Assembly (NCBI GenBank): GCA_965202585.1
Contig: OZ241830.1
Location: 75,206,001 to 75,270,000, forward strand
Length of the DNA: 64,000 bases
Direction of reading: 5' to 3'
DNA from: Thalia democratica
Taxonomy: Eukaryota
Shown here: positions 1-13,949 of the stretch, piece by piece
How positions within the stretch are numbered: position 1 is the stretch's first letter
Layout of the letters: every line of letters begins with the position of its first letter
Made by a program: the position numbers and the translations under genes
The notes under the pieces: generated by a model
What the model saw: the letters and a program-made list of their open reading frames with translations, nothing else
Told to the model about the DNA's origin: nothing
The model's database searches: none

Positions 1-1106
1 TGACAACTAAATAAAAAGAAATATTTACAGTTTATAACTTAAAGTTTTAAAAAGGCACAAAATTTTCGTTGGTTATAGCGTAATCTCCATTGCTAAGAAC
101 AATAATAATATAATTATGATTTTTAGCACTTTTTAATAAGTGTTGTTTTTTTATAATTAAAACGCAGCACTTTTAATCAAAAATATTTTTATTAAAAGTT
201 GATTAATTTTTTTTCTATTTTTTATTATTTTTAACTGTGGATTTATTAATTGTTTTAAGAAGTTTTATGACATTATTTTTATTTAGACATTATTTTTTAA
301 ACTAGAAGTTTGTTAAAAATTTTAAACAAAGACACTAAAATTCAAATCAATTATACTTCATATTGGTGTGAGTTTAATTTAATTACATTAAAAATCCAGT
401 TTCTAACATAAATTATATTAAATTTAGATTTTTTTTTTGCTTTTTGTATTTCCTATTCATCTTGGGTTAAATTAGAAATCGGAATTCTGGCAAAACTAGT
501 GGTTTTATAAATTATTTGTATGCAGCTCTAACTGACAAACATTCCAATACAAAACTTCAACAGAGACTTTCTGCTCATGCAGTAATAACATTTTTGCTGT
601 TAGTTTCTACTTAATTTGTCTTATGCGGTGTGTAAACTAACTAGTTTTCTTCAAATTAGAAATATTTTTTTAACACACTAGTTTAAGTCATAGCAAATGG
701 TATGGCTAAATTTAAAGTTACCAAGAAATCTTTCTCAATTTAGACACTAGTAAAAGTTTACTCAACCTTTTTGACACCTTATAAACTGTCTTTCTTTTTG
801 AAATTGCTAGTTTATTAAGAATACGTTTATTACTCAAGAATAATATTGGTTCTACCAAGTCTATATAATCTAATTTTAACTTTAGAATTAAAAAAAAAAT
901 TAAGAAAATAAAAACAAGTTTGGATATTTTGTTACATCTAATTTGATTGAAATACTTTTTGTTAATTTTAATTACCTAATTCATCCCCTAAAACATTTAC
1001 TTAAAACTTTATCTTATTTCAATATAATTTGTATATATAAATATACAGAACTTTAACCTATTTCTCAGATGTTTATAAAGATCGAGTGAAATAAATTTTT
1101 ACTCAC

Positions 1107-1246
1107 CCATCTTGCGTTGAGGTTATTTGGTCTTATGTCGTCACCGCATCCACACATTGTGACGTCATCACGCTTACATGCCTTCCCAACCGCAACAACG
1201 ACACCTGCTGCCGAAATTGCCGAAATAAATGCCGTTTCTCTTGATC
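1107..1246 (-). CDS. WNT5: Wnt5-like gene, third coding exon (gene continues off the left edge)
   Basis: atttcag acceptor, TGG|GTGAGT donor. Encodes (G)SRETAFISAISAAGVVVAVGKACKRDDVTMCGCGDDIRPNNLNARW. RPNNLNARW parallels RPKDLPRDW of vertebrate Wnt5a, hence the Wnt5 call. Wnt identity is secure; the subfamily is less so. Confidence 0.93.
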
Positions 1247-3757
1247 CTGAAATCAAAATTATAAAATTTAAATATTTTTTTTTTGCATTTTGTTTTTCTA
1301 ACATGCAACTTTTTTTTTAACTAAATTAAAATTTGAAGTAAAAATAATAGTATGATAATAATAAAAACATAGTAAACTTTCTAAGTCTTTTTTTCAGTTT
1401 GGAAAAATATTTAAAAACACATACTCCTCAGAAATTCTTTAAAAGTATTTATAATGTTTGACTTGTTTGCTAAGAACGGTTAAACGAACTCTTTTTAACC
1501 AATGATATATCAATACTTAAAAAAACCTTGACTTAATTTGTTTTACAGAAACTTGTCACTTTTTGTTTCGAGTTTGTATGAAATTTTACTTAAACAACTT
1601 ATTTGGCTTCTTAACAACATTAATCAACCGCTTTTTTGACAACAAAACTACTTTTATATCACCTTGGTGAAAATATAGTACAGAAATTATTTTGATTTAA
1701 ACTAATGCAACTTAATGTTGTCACAAAACGAAAATTTATTTGATTTAAAATAAGGCGACCATTTCTTTAATCTAATTTAAAAAACACTTTGTTAGATAAT
1801 TGTTGAAATTTTGTATGGTAAAAAACCCATTTTTGTTTGTAATAAAAGTAAAAAAGGTTGCTTAACTTAAGTTAACACAATTTTATAAACTTATTGATAG
1901 CTTGTATGAAACTAGATATAAAAGCTTTTTATAAGAATTGTTTTATAAGAAAAGTAATTTTTATAACAACTTGTAATCTTTTTCTAAATATTTTTATTTA
2001 CATTTATTGACACTTTATGTTAATACTTTTGACTTGAGTTTGAACTAGAAGGTATTAGCAAAATATTGCATGCTTGACTGGTTTTCTGAAATCTTATTAT
2101 GACATCACATCTTGCTGCAGTTGTTTTGTAAACAAAAAATTATCTTGTTTCAGTGCAATTATTTATGTTAATACAATTAAATTTGCTTGACCTCTAATGT
2201 TTTCGAATTTGAACAAGATTTTCAATCAGTAATTTGAGTGAAATACAAATAAGGAACATAGTCTGAAAATAGCAAAAATAGTTAAGACCATATAACCTTT
2301 GAAATCAATTGATATAATTTTTTTTAATAAAACATTAAAAAAATAACGTATTCTTTAAAAAAATACAAACTAAGTAGTCTTAATCATTTTAAATTTTAGT
2401 TTACATTAAACATATTTTGTAATCTCATTATAAACATTACATTTAAAAATTCGCATTTTATAAAAGTTTTCTCATTATTCTTTTTCAGTTTTTTTTTAAG
2501 TTTTTCTATGTAAACCATAACTTTAAATTTTACATGAATATTTTTCACATAAGAATGTATCACATTAAACAATTTAGGAGCGCAATTACATTGTTTTTAG
2601 TTAAACATCGACTATTTTCAATTCTTTAGCATGCCCGAGGGAGAAATTTTAAAACAACAATTGACGTTTTTGCATGACTGTTTTGGAAATGAGACCCTCT
2701 ACATGCTTTTGATGTTCAAATTACGGTTAAATTTGTTTTCTCACTGAAAAGAAAGTGGCTCAAATAGCAAATCAATCAAGAGATTTTTGGTTTCAAGTTC
2801 GCGAAAAAACCAAATTCCTTTTTGAACTTGTTGTAAAAACATTTGCTGAAAAGACAGTTTAATGTTTTTTTAGCGATTATTTTTTCTTAGTGTTTTTTTA
2901 CGATTAATTGCGTAACTGTATGGGCTTATAAAAACTTTTTAAAGTGTGCAAGACATACAAAAAAAAATTATTTCTATCTTATCAATACCATTTTTTACTA
3001 GATTTTAAAAATTAGAGGATATCAAATTAAATTAAGTTTTCGCCAAAACCTCTGAAATATGATTTATCAAATTTTGTTTTGTTATGTTTTGACAAGTCTG
3101 CCAGAATGAACTTCTAGCTAGAACGTTTGTCAGTTTTCTCTACAGAGAAGGATATAAATGACAAAATTGGTATTAATCTCTGACACATTTTTGTAAATAT
3201 TTACACTTTAGTAAAGTTCTATCATTTCTAATCAGCTAAACAATGTTTTTGTTTTCATTTTGGTTTTTATAAATGCAAACTGCGTTTTGTTAATTTTTAG
3301 CATACTTATATATGTGTATAACAATTTATACACTATGTTTGTTTTTGTTCGCAGTGTTCTTTAGTGCTACGTGACGCTTTTGTGTATAAAAAGAAAAGTT
3401 TTGACCAAGAAAGTGTTTTACAATATAAATATTTACATATATTATCTGTGTTCGGACAATAAACATAAAATTAAAACGTAGTGTATACTTCTATTTAACT
3501 TAAGAACAACAAAACCATAGATAATGTGAATTTAAATATTTAATTAAATATAAGCGGGTTTCTTACATAAAAAAGTAGCAAAATATAAAACTTGTTTATA
3601 CGTTATTGTTTTGTTGACTATAACAAATTTATTATATAAAAATTAGCCTATCGTAAAAAAAACTTAACTAAAATGAGTGCAACATGGAGTTAAAAGGCTG
3701 TTCAAGTTAAAAAAAAATGAATTAAATAGTCTTTAATTAATTCAAAAAAGTACTCAC

Positions 3758-3996
3758 CAGTTTTGACGATGCCTCCAAATATGGATCCTTCCTTCGAAGT
3801 GGAACAGTTCCACCTGTTGTTCTTGAACTTGTCCTGACACTCTTCGATGGCCATGCTGGCTCCTTCGCTCACAAATTTCATCATGCTTCCGTACTTCATA
3901 CAAAGAGCTTGCTGGTTTCTCGTCAGTGAAGACAGCTGCTTGCAATCAGGGATCTGCTGGAGAGCCGCCTCTTTTAAAGAAGACGACGCTAGAGAC
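3758..3996 (-). CDS. WNT5: Wnt5-like gene, second coding exon
   Basis: tttacag acceptor, G|GTGAGTA donor. Encodes SLASSSLKEAALQQIPDCKQLSSLTRNQQALCMKYGSMMKFVSEGASMAIEECQDKFKNNRWNCSTSKEGSIFGGIVKT with the Wnt ECQxxFxxxRWNCS motif. Phases 2 in and 1 out match both neighbours. Confidence 0.96.
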
Positions 3997-5997
3997 CTGT
4001 AAACAATTTTAATTTAAAGTAGCTTTAGTGCATGCTTAGTACCTTGGTACTTTATACCTCGAAAAGCTATGAAACTAAATCTGTTTAAATTACGATGAGT
4101 ACACTAAAGACAAGTTATTTTTTTATTTAAGAATTACTAACTGTAGAATAAAAGTATTTAACAACAGTAGAAAAAGCACACTTAATATTAACAGTCCTTT
4201 AAACAGTTCTAATAGCTTTCAATATACGTAGAGTAGGTATCAAAAAATAAGAAACAGTAAGCTAGAGTCTTTTAAGTGAGCTTTGTTTTTAATTAACTTG
4301 TGAGCCTCTTTTAGTCAGAATTTTTCAATGGTGTGATACCGCCAACGAGTGAGCAAATACTATTTCTACATAAACTTTTTCAAATGCCTTTTAAGTTGAG
4401 TAATATTTCTTAAGTTGAAAAACTATTGCTGAAGACTTAAAATTAGGTAAACAAGTTGACAATAAAATGTATGTCTAAACAAGTTTTTTTTTATAATTGT
4501 CGCAGTCGACTGCTTTTTGTTTTTTAAAAAAATAGCTCCTGTACAAACAAATATTAAACATAAAGTGAGGTTTTTACCATAAATTCTTTTGTCTTTCTAT
4601 GTAAACAAGATAAATTTATTGTATATAAAAGTAATATCTTGCGAACAATGGTGTTTTGTGGTAACTCAAGAGTATTCTTTGTTACTTTGTACAAAGTTTT
4701 TGTATAAAGATAACGTTATATTTCAAAAGTTTATTTTCATTACTGAAACAATATATTTATTAATAAAATTTTTAATAACCGTATGCACTTTGTCTGGTAA
4801 AAAAACGCTATAAAATTTTCCAACCTATAAAGTAATTATTGCACATAAACTTTACCACTGTATATATTTCAAATACATCAACAGTATGACTATCAAAAAC
4901 AACTCTTAACGTTTCATAGCTTTTCGTAAAATCAAAATGAGTTTTTAACAACTTTTTTTTGCTATACTTTTAAATAGCTTTTTATCTAAAATATTGGCCA
5001 GTAAAAATTAATTAGCATAGCTTCAAACACTTATTTAAGTTCACACCGGTAAACTTGAATAAAATAAAACATAATTTAATTATTACTTTTGATACTACGA
5101 AGCAAAAAATCTGTTCTGCAATAGAATATAAATATTTGCTTGAAATTTATCTCTAAGCTTTTATAGATTTTAAATTTTGAACAAAAGGTATACAAACAAA
5201 CCAACTAAGCTGTTAAAATTTGTATGTTGTTAGTTATTTAAAAAATAAACTGAAAACTATTTTATTACTATCAACTAGTAAAAACAACAGGTCTCATAGA
5301 AAACATAGAAAGTTTATGTAATGAAAATACTCTGTTTAACATTAGCAGTAAGAATATTTCATTCTTGTTCTATAGTTGTTTTTTGGTGTCTAAAAAACTT
5401 ATAAAAGTTCTGCTAAATAAAAAATAATTTCAAAGATTTAAGTTTTGAAGAAAAAAACTTTTTAACACGTTTAAAAATAAGAACAGTTCTAGGTGAAATA
5501 CTTGTGGTAGATTTTTAAACAAAGTATTTGAAAAAAAGCTGTCCTTTAATGAATAAAAAATAACTACTTATATAATTCTAACTACAACTTGCTTTTTAAG
5601 GGTCACTTCTCTTTCTAATTGTCTTAGAAGTAATATAAAACTTGTAATTGGAATTTTTTATTAAACTATTATCTTCAAACTAAACTATTTTTAACCGACA
5701 AAAGCTTTTGTTCCATATTTCTTATATATACGCATTTTTATTCAAGTAAGTTGACACGCGAAAATGACTTTGAATGATCTGTTTACTATCTTTTGCGTAG
5801 ATTAAAAGACTAAGAAAAATAGTATTGAATAAAACTAGATCATTTTGATGAGAAAATAAAATTATTGTATAAAATTTGAAGAAAATAGCCATGCCTATAT
5901 TTTGATAAGTCATGATCGATGACTAATAATTTTTTTATTATTTAATCCATCTATAATTTATTTTTCCTCAAACTAAATAAAATTAATTACAACTAAC

Positions 5998-6077
5998 CAC
6001 CAATATCCTTCTGCGTTTGTTACTGTCGTCAGAAGAAGCAAAAGGACGGACAACTTCGTAAAAACTCTTTGAAACAT
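5998..6077 (-). CDS. WNT5: Wnt5-like gene, first coding exon (signal peptide)
   Basis: ATG at 6077 reads MFQRVFTKLSVLLLLLTTVTNAEGYW + TG|GTTAGT: hydrophobic signal peptide and the typical Wnt xWW motif. The phase-2 donor joins the 3996 acceptor to give W-SL. Not in the supplied ORF track in this frame. Confidence 0.9.
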
Positions 6078-6636
6078 TATTTTTCAATTTAAGCTGGCAA
6101 TAAATAGATTTAATGGTTCTGAAAAATAAAGTGAACTTAAACTTAATGTAAAGTTTATCGTCTTTTAAATCTCGATAAAATCGATCAAAGTTCAGATAAA
6201 CAACTTTAAAGCTCATTTTGCACAAATCTATATCAAAAGTAGCAAATGCTGTTCTCCTTACTAACAAACTCGCTAATCTTCAAAGCTTTGAAAAAAAAAC
6301 GATTTAGTTCAAAGGAAGTACAAAATATAATAAACTTCTTCTTTCGCGTTTCATCTAACGACTGTAAGAAAACAATTTTCCTTCTGAACCTTTTAAAAAT
6401 GTTTCATTTTTCAAAGCCGATGTCGAACCTTTGTTTAAGCTCTCTAGCGCCGTTGGGTGGCCAACAAGCCTTTTTAATGCAAATCTCTCTTCTGCTTTTC
6501 TTCGAGTAAACTTGGTATGACTTGTGCTGGCGGTAAACAAAAACTCGCACCTGTATAAACACATCGTTTGCAGTGCGAATGAAGGCAAATCACTTTCTAA
6601 TTATCTTTGTTATTTGAAGTTGCGGCATATTACTAC

Positions 6637-6678
<42 letters not shown>

Positions 6679-6739
6679 CAAAACAACAAAAATGCTAGAG
6701 CTTGCCTTTTTACTGTCTTCCGGTCAAAAAACCTTTGAT
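6067..6739. promoter_or_regulatory. Cluster of TCF/LEF (HMG-box) consensus sites over the Wnt 5' region
   Basis: CTTTGWW on either strand at 6067, 6184, 6279, 6286, 6308, 6410, 6429, 6605 and 6733. Includes CCTTTGATC (6732-6740) and the palindrome TTCAAAGCTTTGAA (6279-6292). Confidence 0.55.
6641..6675. repeat. (AT)17 microsatellite upstream of the Wnt gene
   Basis: Perfect AT dinucleotide run. Confidence 0.98.
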
Positions 6740-9700
6740 CGAATAGGAAAATCAGATGTGTTTTATAAACTATTGAAGCTTAAGAGAAGTTTCCTCTTAG
6801 ATACTTGTGGTTATTTAACCTACTTGTAGCTATACTACCCACCGACTTAAAAGTATTTCTTATTATTTTGACTAATTGAGTGAAGTTTGTTAGAAAAATG
6901 TGTAAAATAAATCTATACACAAGTAAAATACACAAATCATTGTAAAGTGAATATTTGAAACTAAAAAATGTCTAATGTTTCATTGTTATAAATTTAAATA
7001 ACTAGATAGTTTAAGCACTAACTACAACTATGTGTTTTATAACTTTAAAGCTCACTTGCTTAACAAAAACACCTACTAAACAAAAAGCCGAAAATCTCTA
7101 AATATTAAAATTTAATACTATTAGCTATTCATATTTTACAAAAACTTTAAACAAGTAAGAATATTCAAAAAAAAAAGTTAATTAGTATTTAAAACTACAA
7201 TGAAACTCATTAGTAAAAAAAACTCTGAAACATACCGATTTAAATAAAAACTCGTGGCAATTTACTCAAGTATGGCAAAGGTGAGAAAGATAATGAAACT
7301 TGAAAATAAAAACTTTGCTTTCTCCTAATCTACTTGAAATAACTCTAAAGCAGAATATTCACAAATTATTCGACTAATTGACCTCAAACAGAACTTACAC
7401 TGACCTCTATGAACTTTTATTAAATTTTAATTTCGTCTGACTTATATTTGATATAGCACATAATTTAAATCTAAGATGTTTTTATCATTTTAATTTTATT
7501 ATTTCCGGTGAAATTAAAGGGTTTATAAATGTTTATTTAAATTAAATTCACTACAAGATTTTACAATTTTGTTTTCTTATTCTTTTAAGGTTAATAAAGT
7601 TCGGTATAAACCAGAAAACTAAATTTTGTATAACAATTAAAGTTTTTTTTTAATTAACAAAACCTGAAAACTAAGTTTTACCTTATAACTTGATTAATGT
7701 TATTTTTGAGTGATGTAATGTGATATTAATTTTTTATTCAAGCTAATGATTAATAAAATATTAATTTACTTTTCTAAACAAACTTTAATTACAGTCAACC
7801 AAAAGTTTTAATTAATTACATGTCATTTACTTAATTTGAAGGTTATGTAAGTTTGTTTTCAATTTTTTTTGAAGTGTAAATATTTTCTTAAAAAAGTTTA
7901 CTAAAACGCATTATAGAAAAATAAGCGTATAAGGAAACTTAAAAAAAAATAATCTTTGATTAGTTTTATAATGTTAGTAAAAAACAATAAACAGTAAAAT
8001 ATATAATATTTCCTTTCATAACTTTCGCATATACTATCTACTTAAAAATAATAAATGAAAATTCGTATACTTTATAAATGTTTTAAAGCAACCTTTTTTT
8101 TTTTGCTTTATTCAAGAACTAAATAAACAAACAAAGTTTTGAATTACCACAAAAGTTTTATGAGTAAATTTTCTCAGAGGCTTGAATAAATAAATACTTT
8201 AAGGAAACTAAACAATTAGTGTCAACATCATCCTAGAGATTTCAATTAAACAAATAAACAGCAAGAACTTTTTAGAAAAATTTGTCAAACTAGTTTAAAC
8301 TTGTTACAGTTACTATTAACTTCTAGAATAAAAATAAAATTAATACTATTACATTTGTGTTTTGTGACCAATACAAGCTTTTTGACTGTTTTTAGCTCGG
8401 ATACAATTAAAAATTAAAGTAGAAATGTCACGACTAAAAAAGCCGGTATGTTTATAAAATATCAACTACTATCAATTATTACTTTTCTAAGAATTTAATC
8501 TATTGTTATTTTATTAAAAATTAATTTATAGAATTACAAGTATTTCTTTCGTACATAAAAGAACAACACTTTGATCATTTCCTTAAAGCAAACTTGGTAT
8601 TAGCAAAAACAACACAAAATAAGTTTTACCAAGTGGTTAAAACATTGGAAATTATTTTTTTGATACTTTATTTCATATTTGAACAACATTAATAAAAAAT
8701 CAGTAACGCTAATATGAACATTAAATAACGTAATGCTAGTTTCAAGTACAATGAAAAACAATCAAAAATTAGTACATGTGTTTGTTATAGCAAGCGTTAA
8801 AAACACTACTTATATTTCAAAATGGTTTAATAATGTGTTTAACTGTATAAATCAGATTTTAAAACTCGGATTGATGTTAATTAATTTTAAGAAGTTGCTG
8901 TTCAAAAATCTTAAAAAAAAATTCAAAAGCTTTAAAGCCAAAATGCTTGAAAAGTATGTTGATTTTTTTTAACTTCGTTTGTAAAAAGTAATTTAGATTT
9001 TTTTTAATGTTTTTGGCTGTTGACTAACATTTTACTTTCTCTTAACTTAACTTCTTTAAAATTTATTAAAACAGTTTTGGAAAACCCAAATAAAAATTAT
9101 TTTGCAAAACCTTGTGTAAACTACTCCGCAAAGTAAAAAATTATATGATGTTAATTGGGTTTTTTCAATGATTTTAGTTATTTTCAAACGAAGTTTTGAA
9201 AAAAAAAAAGTATCTCTCAATAAAAAGTTTTTGAAAAAATCATCAAAAAATATCAATTAAATACTAATAGAAATTAATATTTAAGTACTCATGTAACAAG
9301 TTTCACCTATTTTTTTAGATGATTACTATAAAAAAAATATTAAGACGATCTATACTTGTTCGAAACTCTTACTAAAAACTTTTACAAAAGCTTATAAGTT
9401 TTAAAATTGCGTTTTGAAAATGTTTATTAAAGTCAAGTAGATGTTTAGCTTATAAGCATTTCCTTTAAGAAACCTGGTTTTACAATGAAAGCGTTTTAAA
9501 CTTTCATTTGAACTTTTTATCTCTTAAATCACGTCAAAATAAAAGTTAAATGGCCAAAAATATACAATTTTAACTATAATACTTCTGTAATCCACCTTAA
9601 GTACAAAAAAGCTATTTTCAAGCATTTTAATATATAAAGCTATCTGAACAGTCATAGAAAATTATTGTCTAGTTTTGTTTTTTTAAATATTTTTTTTTAA

Positions 9701-11136
9701 TTAGTTCGTTTTGTTATCGTTTAATATTACATATTTAAGGTTAAACAGCTACAAACCATAAATTTATTTCAACTTAAGTTTGCAGTCAAATTTAAAATGT
9801 ATTTTAAAAAATATGCCGTTATATGAATCTTCTGGAAATAAAAGAAATCTAAAACTTTCAGTATTTTACACTGAGTAAACCAAGATTTCGATATTTTGCA
9901 TACACTTTAAAATAGAAAATTATTTCTACAATACAAGAACACAAAACTTACAAGCAAGCTTAATCTAACGCTTTTTAACAAACCTTAACTTAAAACCCTA
10001 CCCGTCAATTTTTCACCCTTAAAGTCAACTTATAACTAGTTTTAATCACCATAATGACAATAGTATAAAGTTTACTTTTAAAAAACAACTTCATACATTC
10101 GTCTAAAGTCAAAAAATTGTTTAAAACTTTAAAGACTGTTAGAAACTTGATTAATCGAATCTAGATAAAAGTTTTAATTAAATTATTTACCTGATATACA
10201 AAAAATATGTTTCTTACTTGTATGGATTTATATGCATCAAAAAAAGTAGTTAATAACCATTATTACTAATAAAAACATAATTAAGGGGCAAAAGACACTT
10301 AATACCTAAAATTGTATAGAAAACAAATAAGTAGCTTTTCAAAAATGTTATTTTACTAGAAATATCACTAATTAACTACTTTTTATATATCTCTGTGACA
10401 AAAATTAAACAATCAGTGTATTTACAACTTTTTATGTGATGTCATTGTTAGAAAGTTGACGTCACCGATCAGGCCAGCAAGCTGTAACTTCATAAAACTT
10501 TTGTAGATTGACTACTGCAGGGATTTCCTTTGTTACTGACAACGGGTTTCAATAAAAAAACAAAACCCGGGTATTAGTTTACCGAATGTTTGTGGTCAGA
10601 TGATCGAAATGGAACGGTTCAACCTTTATCTTAATTTTCTTTGTGTATGTAATTACTTTAATTTTAAAGTTGTAAGACTTAATTCAAACAAAGATTTTTT
10701 TAAATTTATACAGTTACTTTAAAGTTACACATAAACTACTCAAAACTTGTTTTTTAAAACTAATACAAAAGCAAAATAATGTTTATTGAACGATTAAAAA
10801 AAGTTTGGTCTAAGGACTTGGTAGGCCAAACACCCCATCAGTTATTGAGTCGTACACAACATGCTTTAACAATTTCTTACAAGATATAAAATTAGAATGT
10901 TTAATCTGAACTTTTAAACCTTAAGATATAAAGTGATCAATAATATAAAGGAAAAGAAAAGTATGTTACCGAAAAAAAATAAAACAACGTTTTCAGCAGC
11001 ACAGTAGAATTGTCACTAAAAAACAAATTAGTATTATTTTTGTTATAGCCAATATTTATTTCAGTCATCATCAACAAAGTTGAGATGGTCGCGCTATCAA
11101 AATAAAATAATGAAGTTCAACACACGACCAACATCA

Positions 11137-11211
11137 ACAGCATCTGAGACAACCTACGACCGATTTGTCCTTACTGGGACTCATCAGGCACGCATAGTCG
11201 CTAGATGCCGC
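11137..11211 (-). ncRNA. Type I hammerhead ribozyme, degenerate paralog
   Basis: CUGAUGA-GUCC(CAGUAA)GGAC-AAA-UCGG-UC|GUAG: the G of the conserved GAAA is missing and the helix III palindrome is broken. Confidence 0.82.
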
Positions 11212-11880
11212 TTTTTTGATCTTTCGAATCGGGCTTAAGTAGAATCTACTAAAGGGACTCTTTGTGAGCAAAGTTGAAAAAGTTTTCAAACATAAAAAAA
11301 GTAAAACATTTTTTTTCATAAGGCTTTAACTTTAAAGTCTTTTTAAGCTTTAAGCATCTTAAGCTGCAAAAATAAAGTAAGTCTTAAGCTTTTATTAAAA
11401 TACCTTCCCTTTGAAACTTTTTTAAGTGAGATTTCAGAAAAAAAATATCTGTTTCATTGAACATGTTTTTGACATTTTGAAAAATTCGTTGATGTGCTGA
11501 CTTTGTACAACTTGTTTGTTAAACCAAAAGTAAAGCTTTTTTGGTTATGATATGTTTCTGAAAATTACATACTTATAGGTTATTTCCCTTAGTTTCAGTA
11601 AATCTATTTTTAATAATCTTAAAACATAATTAATTGAGATCTTAATTGGACACTTGTAAATGTTTTGCAATTAGTCACTTTTGAATGGTTATATTTCTAT
11701 GAAGATAAATTGAGAAAATATCATTAAATTTACCTGCATCTTTAATACTTTTCAGTTAACTTTTAAACCATAATTAATTATAAAACATAATTAATTATGT
11801 CACTCCAAAACTTGCATAGGTTATTGTCATATGTAAACTTACCTTTTTTGTACATATTTTGACCTTTGGGTTTCAATATT

Positions 11881-12283
11881 CAGGGTTGCCACTTTACCTG
11901 GAAACCTGGGAAAACCTTGAAAAACCTTAAATCGACAATTTAGGCAAAAATAACCTGGAATTTGAGAAATTTTGAAAAAAGACCTGGAAAAACCTGAAAT
12001 TTTTGATAATTTTAACATTTTCAGTACGTAAATTTCAATTTGACACAAAAAAATCTATCATATAAATAACTTTTTTTTGACATCATCAAAAAATATTTCT
12101 ATTAAAAAATACATTTAAAGTAACTTTACAGCATCTTTTAAATGTTTTTGTACTATTTAACACAGCTTCTTTTATAGAAATTAACTTAAAACTAAAAATA
12201 GACTCAAACATTTTTACTTTTAAAAACCTAGAAGAAATTTGGAAAACCTGGAAATTTTTTTGAAAAAACGAGTGGCAACCCTG
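11881..12283. mobile_element. MITE with CAGGGTTGCCAC TIRs and 6-bp TSD (AATATT)
   Basis: TIRs at both ends; AATATT at 11875-11880 and 12284-12289; empty site in repeat copy 2 (near 57145); internal CCTGGAAA direct subrepeats. Confidence 0.92.
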
Positions 12284-12308
12284 AATATTGTGGTCCAACT
12301 AATTGAAA

Positions 12309-12735
12309 CAGAGTTGCCACACACTCAGGGAATTCAGGGAAACTCAGGGAATTTTAAAGTTACAGAAAATCTCAGGGAAACTCAGGGAATTTTGATTCTT
12401 TTTTATTAACTCTGGGAAACTCAGTTTTGGTTTTTTCTAAAAATTTTAGGGAAATTTTAAATAGTCTCAGGGAAATTTTTCTTTAGATCTAGATTGTAGA
12501 ATAAGATTTAGTTAATCGAGTTTCAATATTTTGTTCAAAAAAGTTAATTTTATTTATTTTAAGTGCTTATTTAGGAATTTTTTAGCCTTGCGGCTACTTT
12601 TTCAATATGTTTATTGATAAATATTTTTTTAAGAATTAAAAAAAGACTCAGGAAAACTCAGGGAAGTTTAAGGTTACTCAGGAAAGTTTCTGGTCACACA
12701 GGGAAGATTTTTTGACTCGAAGAGTGGCAACCCTG
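12309..12735. mobile_element. MITE with CAG(A/G)GTTGCCAC TIRs and 6-bp TSD (TTGAAA)
   Basis: TTGAAA at 12303-12308 and 12736-12741; empty site in copy 2; CTCAGGGAA direct subrepeats. Confidence 0.92.
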
Positions 12736-13949
12736 TTGAAATATCAAACCATCATGAGAACCATATGCAAAATACTTATTATTTTAGAAAGAAAAAATTT
12801 TATCACATATGGCAAACACTCATTTTGGTGAAAACTACAAAATCAAACATCACAATTTTCTATAAAATAAAATTCTAAACCAGCCACTCTAAAATAAATT
12901 GTAAAAATTACCTACTTAAAACACAAAAATAGCATTATTAAGAAACAAAACAATTTTAGGCTTTTGTGGTGTCCAACATTTTATTTAAAAACTGGCTCTT
13001 ATTTAAAATCTTATTTAATTTTATAAGATACTTTTTATTAAATAAATAAAAAAGTAAATTTTAAGAATAACCAGTCTTGACAAATGTTTCCTGGACAAGA
13101 GGTTTAGAGGTATATGTGGTGTGCCACAATTAACAAGAAGGTTCTTAGTGGACAAGGTCTAGAACAAAATATTTTAATTTTTTTTTTTTTGTGGTTTGTC
13201 CTATACAAATGGTAACCATTTAACCTCAAAATATAGAACTTGAAATTAAATACAAAATAAATAAAAAAAAACCTGAGCTTGTTGCATTTTTGTAAAAACC
13301 TTACTTTTATGTACTTCTTGTGGAAATAAAATTAGGTCTTTAGTTTTATATGCACAGACTGATCAAGATTACAGGAAATTTTAAGCTTTATTTTCAAAAT
13401 GAAATTTTTGCTTTGCCCTGCTAATGACATTTTTATAGTTAGCAGTATATTTGCGGGTTTATATTCATATTGTTTTATCTTGTGTACCAAACCTAGAAAT
13501 TACATTATATTTTTTTAGTAATTTGTTTTTGTATTCTTGTACATCATCTCAACATGACTTACTCTTCCTATAAATACTTAGAAACTTTCAAAAGAAAAAT
13601 CCGTTTATGATGTCATAATCAACATAAAAACACTAATAACTTAAATTTAGTACAAGTAATACAAGTATGAATATAAAACACAAATATGCAGCTAACTATA
13701 GAAACATATTCAACAATAATTCTTATAATAGTTGAAATGACATTCATTTACATCATTTTTCATGGTTAGAATGGCACTGTCCTTCATAAGTATTGTCTTT
13801 ATTATTCTGATGTAAATATGATCAAAATAAACAGAAAAAAATTATTAGTTAAAAAAGCTAAAATTTAAGTTGAGAACAACACTAACTTAAAATTATCTTT
13901 AAAAGCTGAACATAGACCTAACAAAACAACATTTTTAAATAAAAATAAA

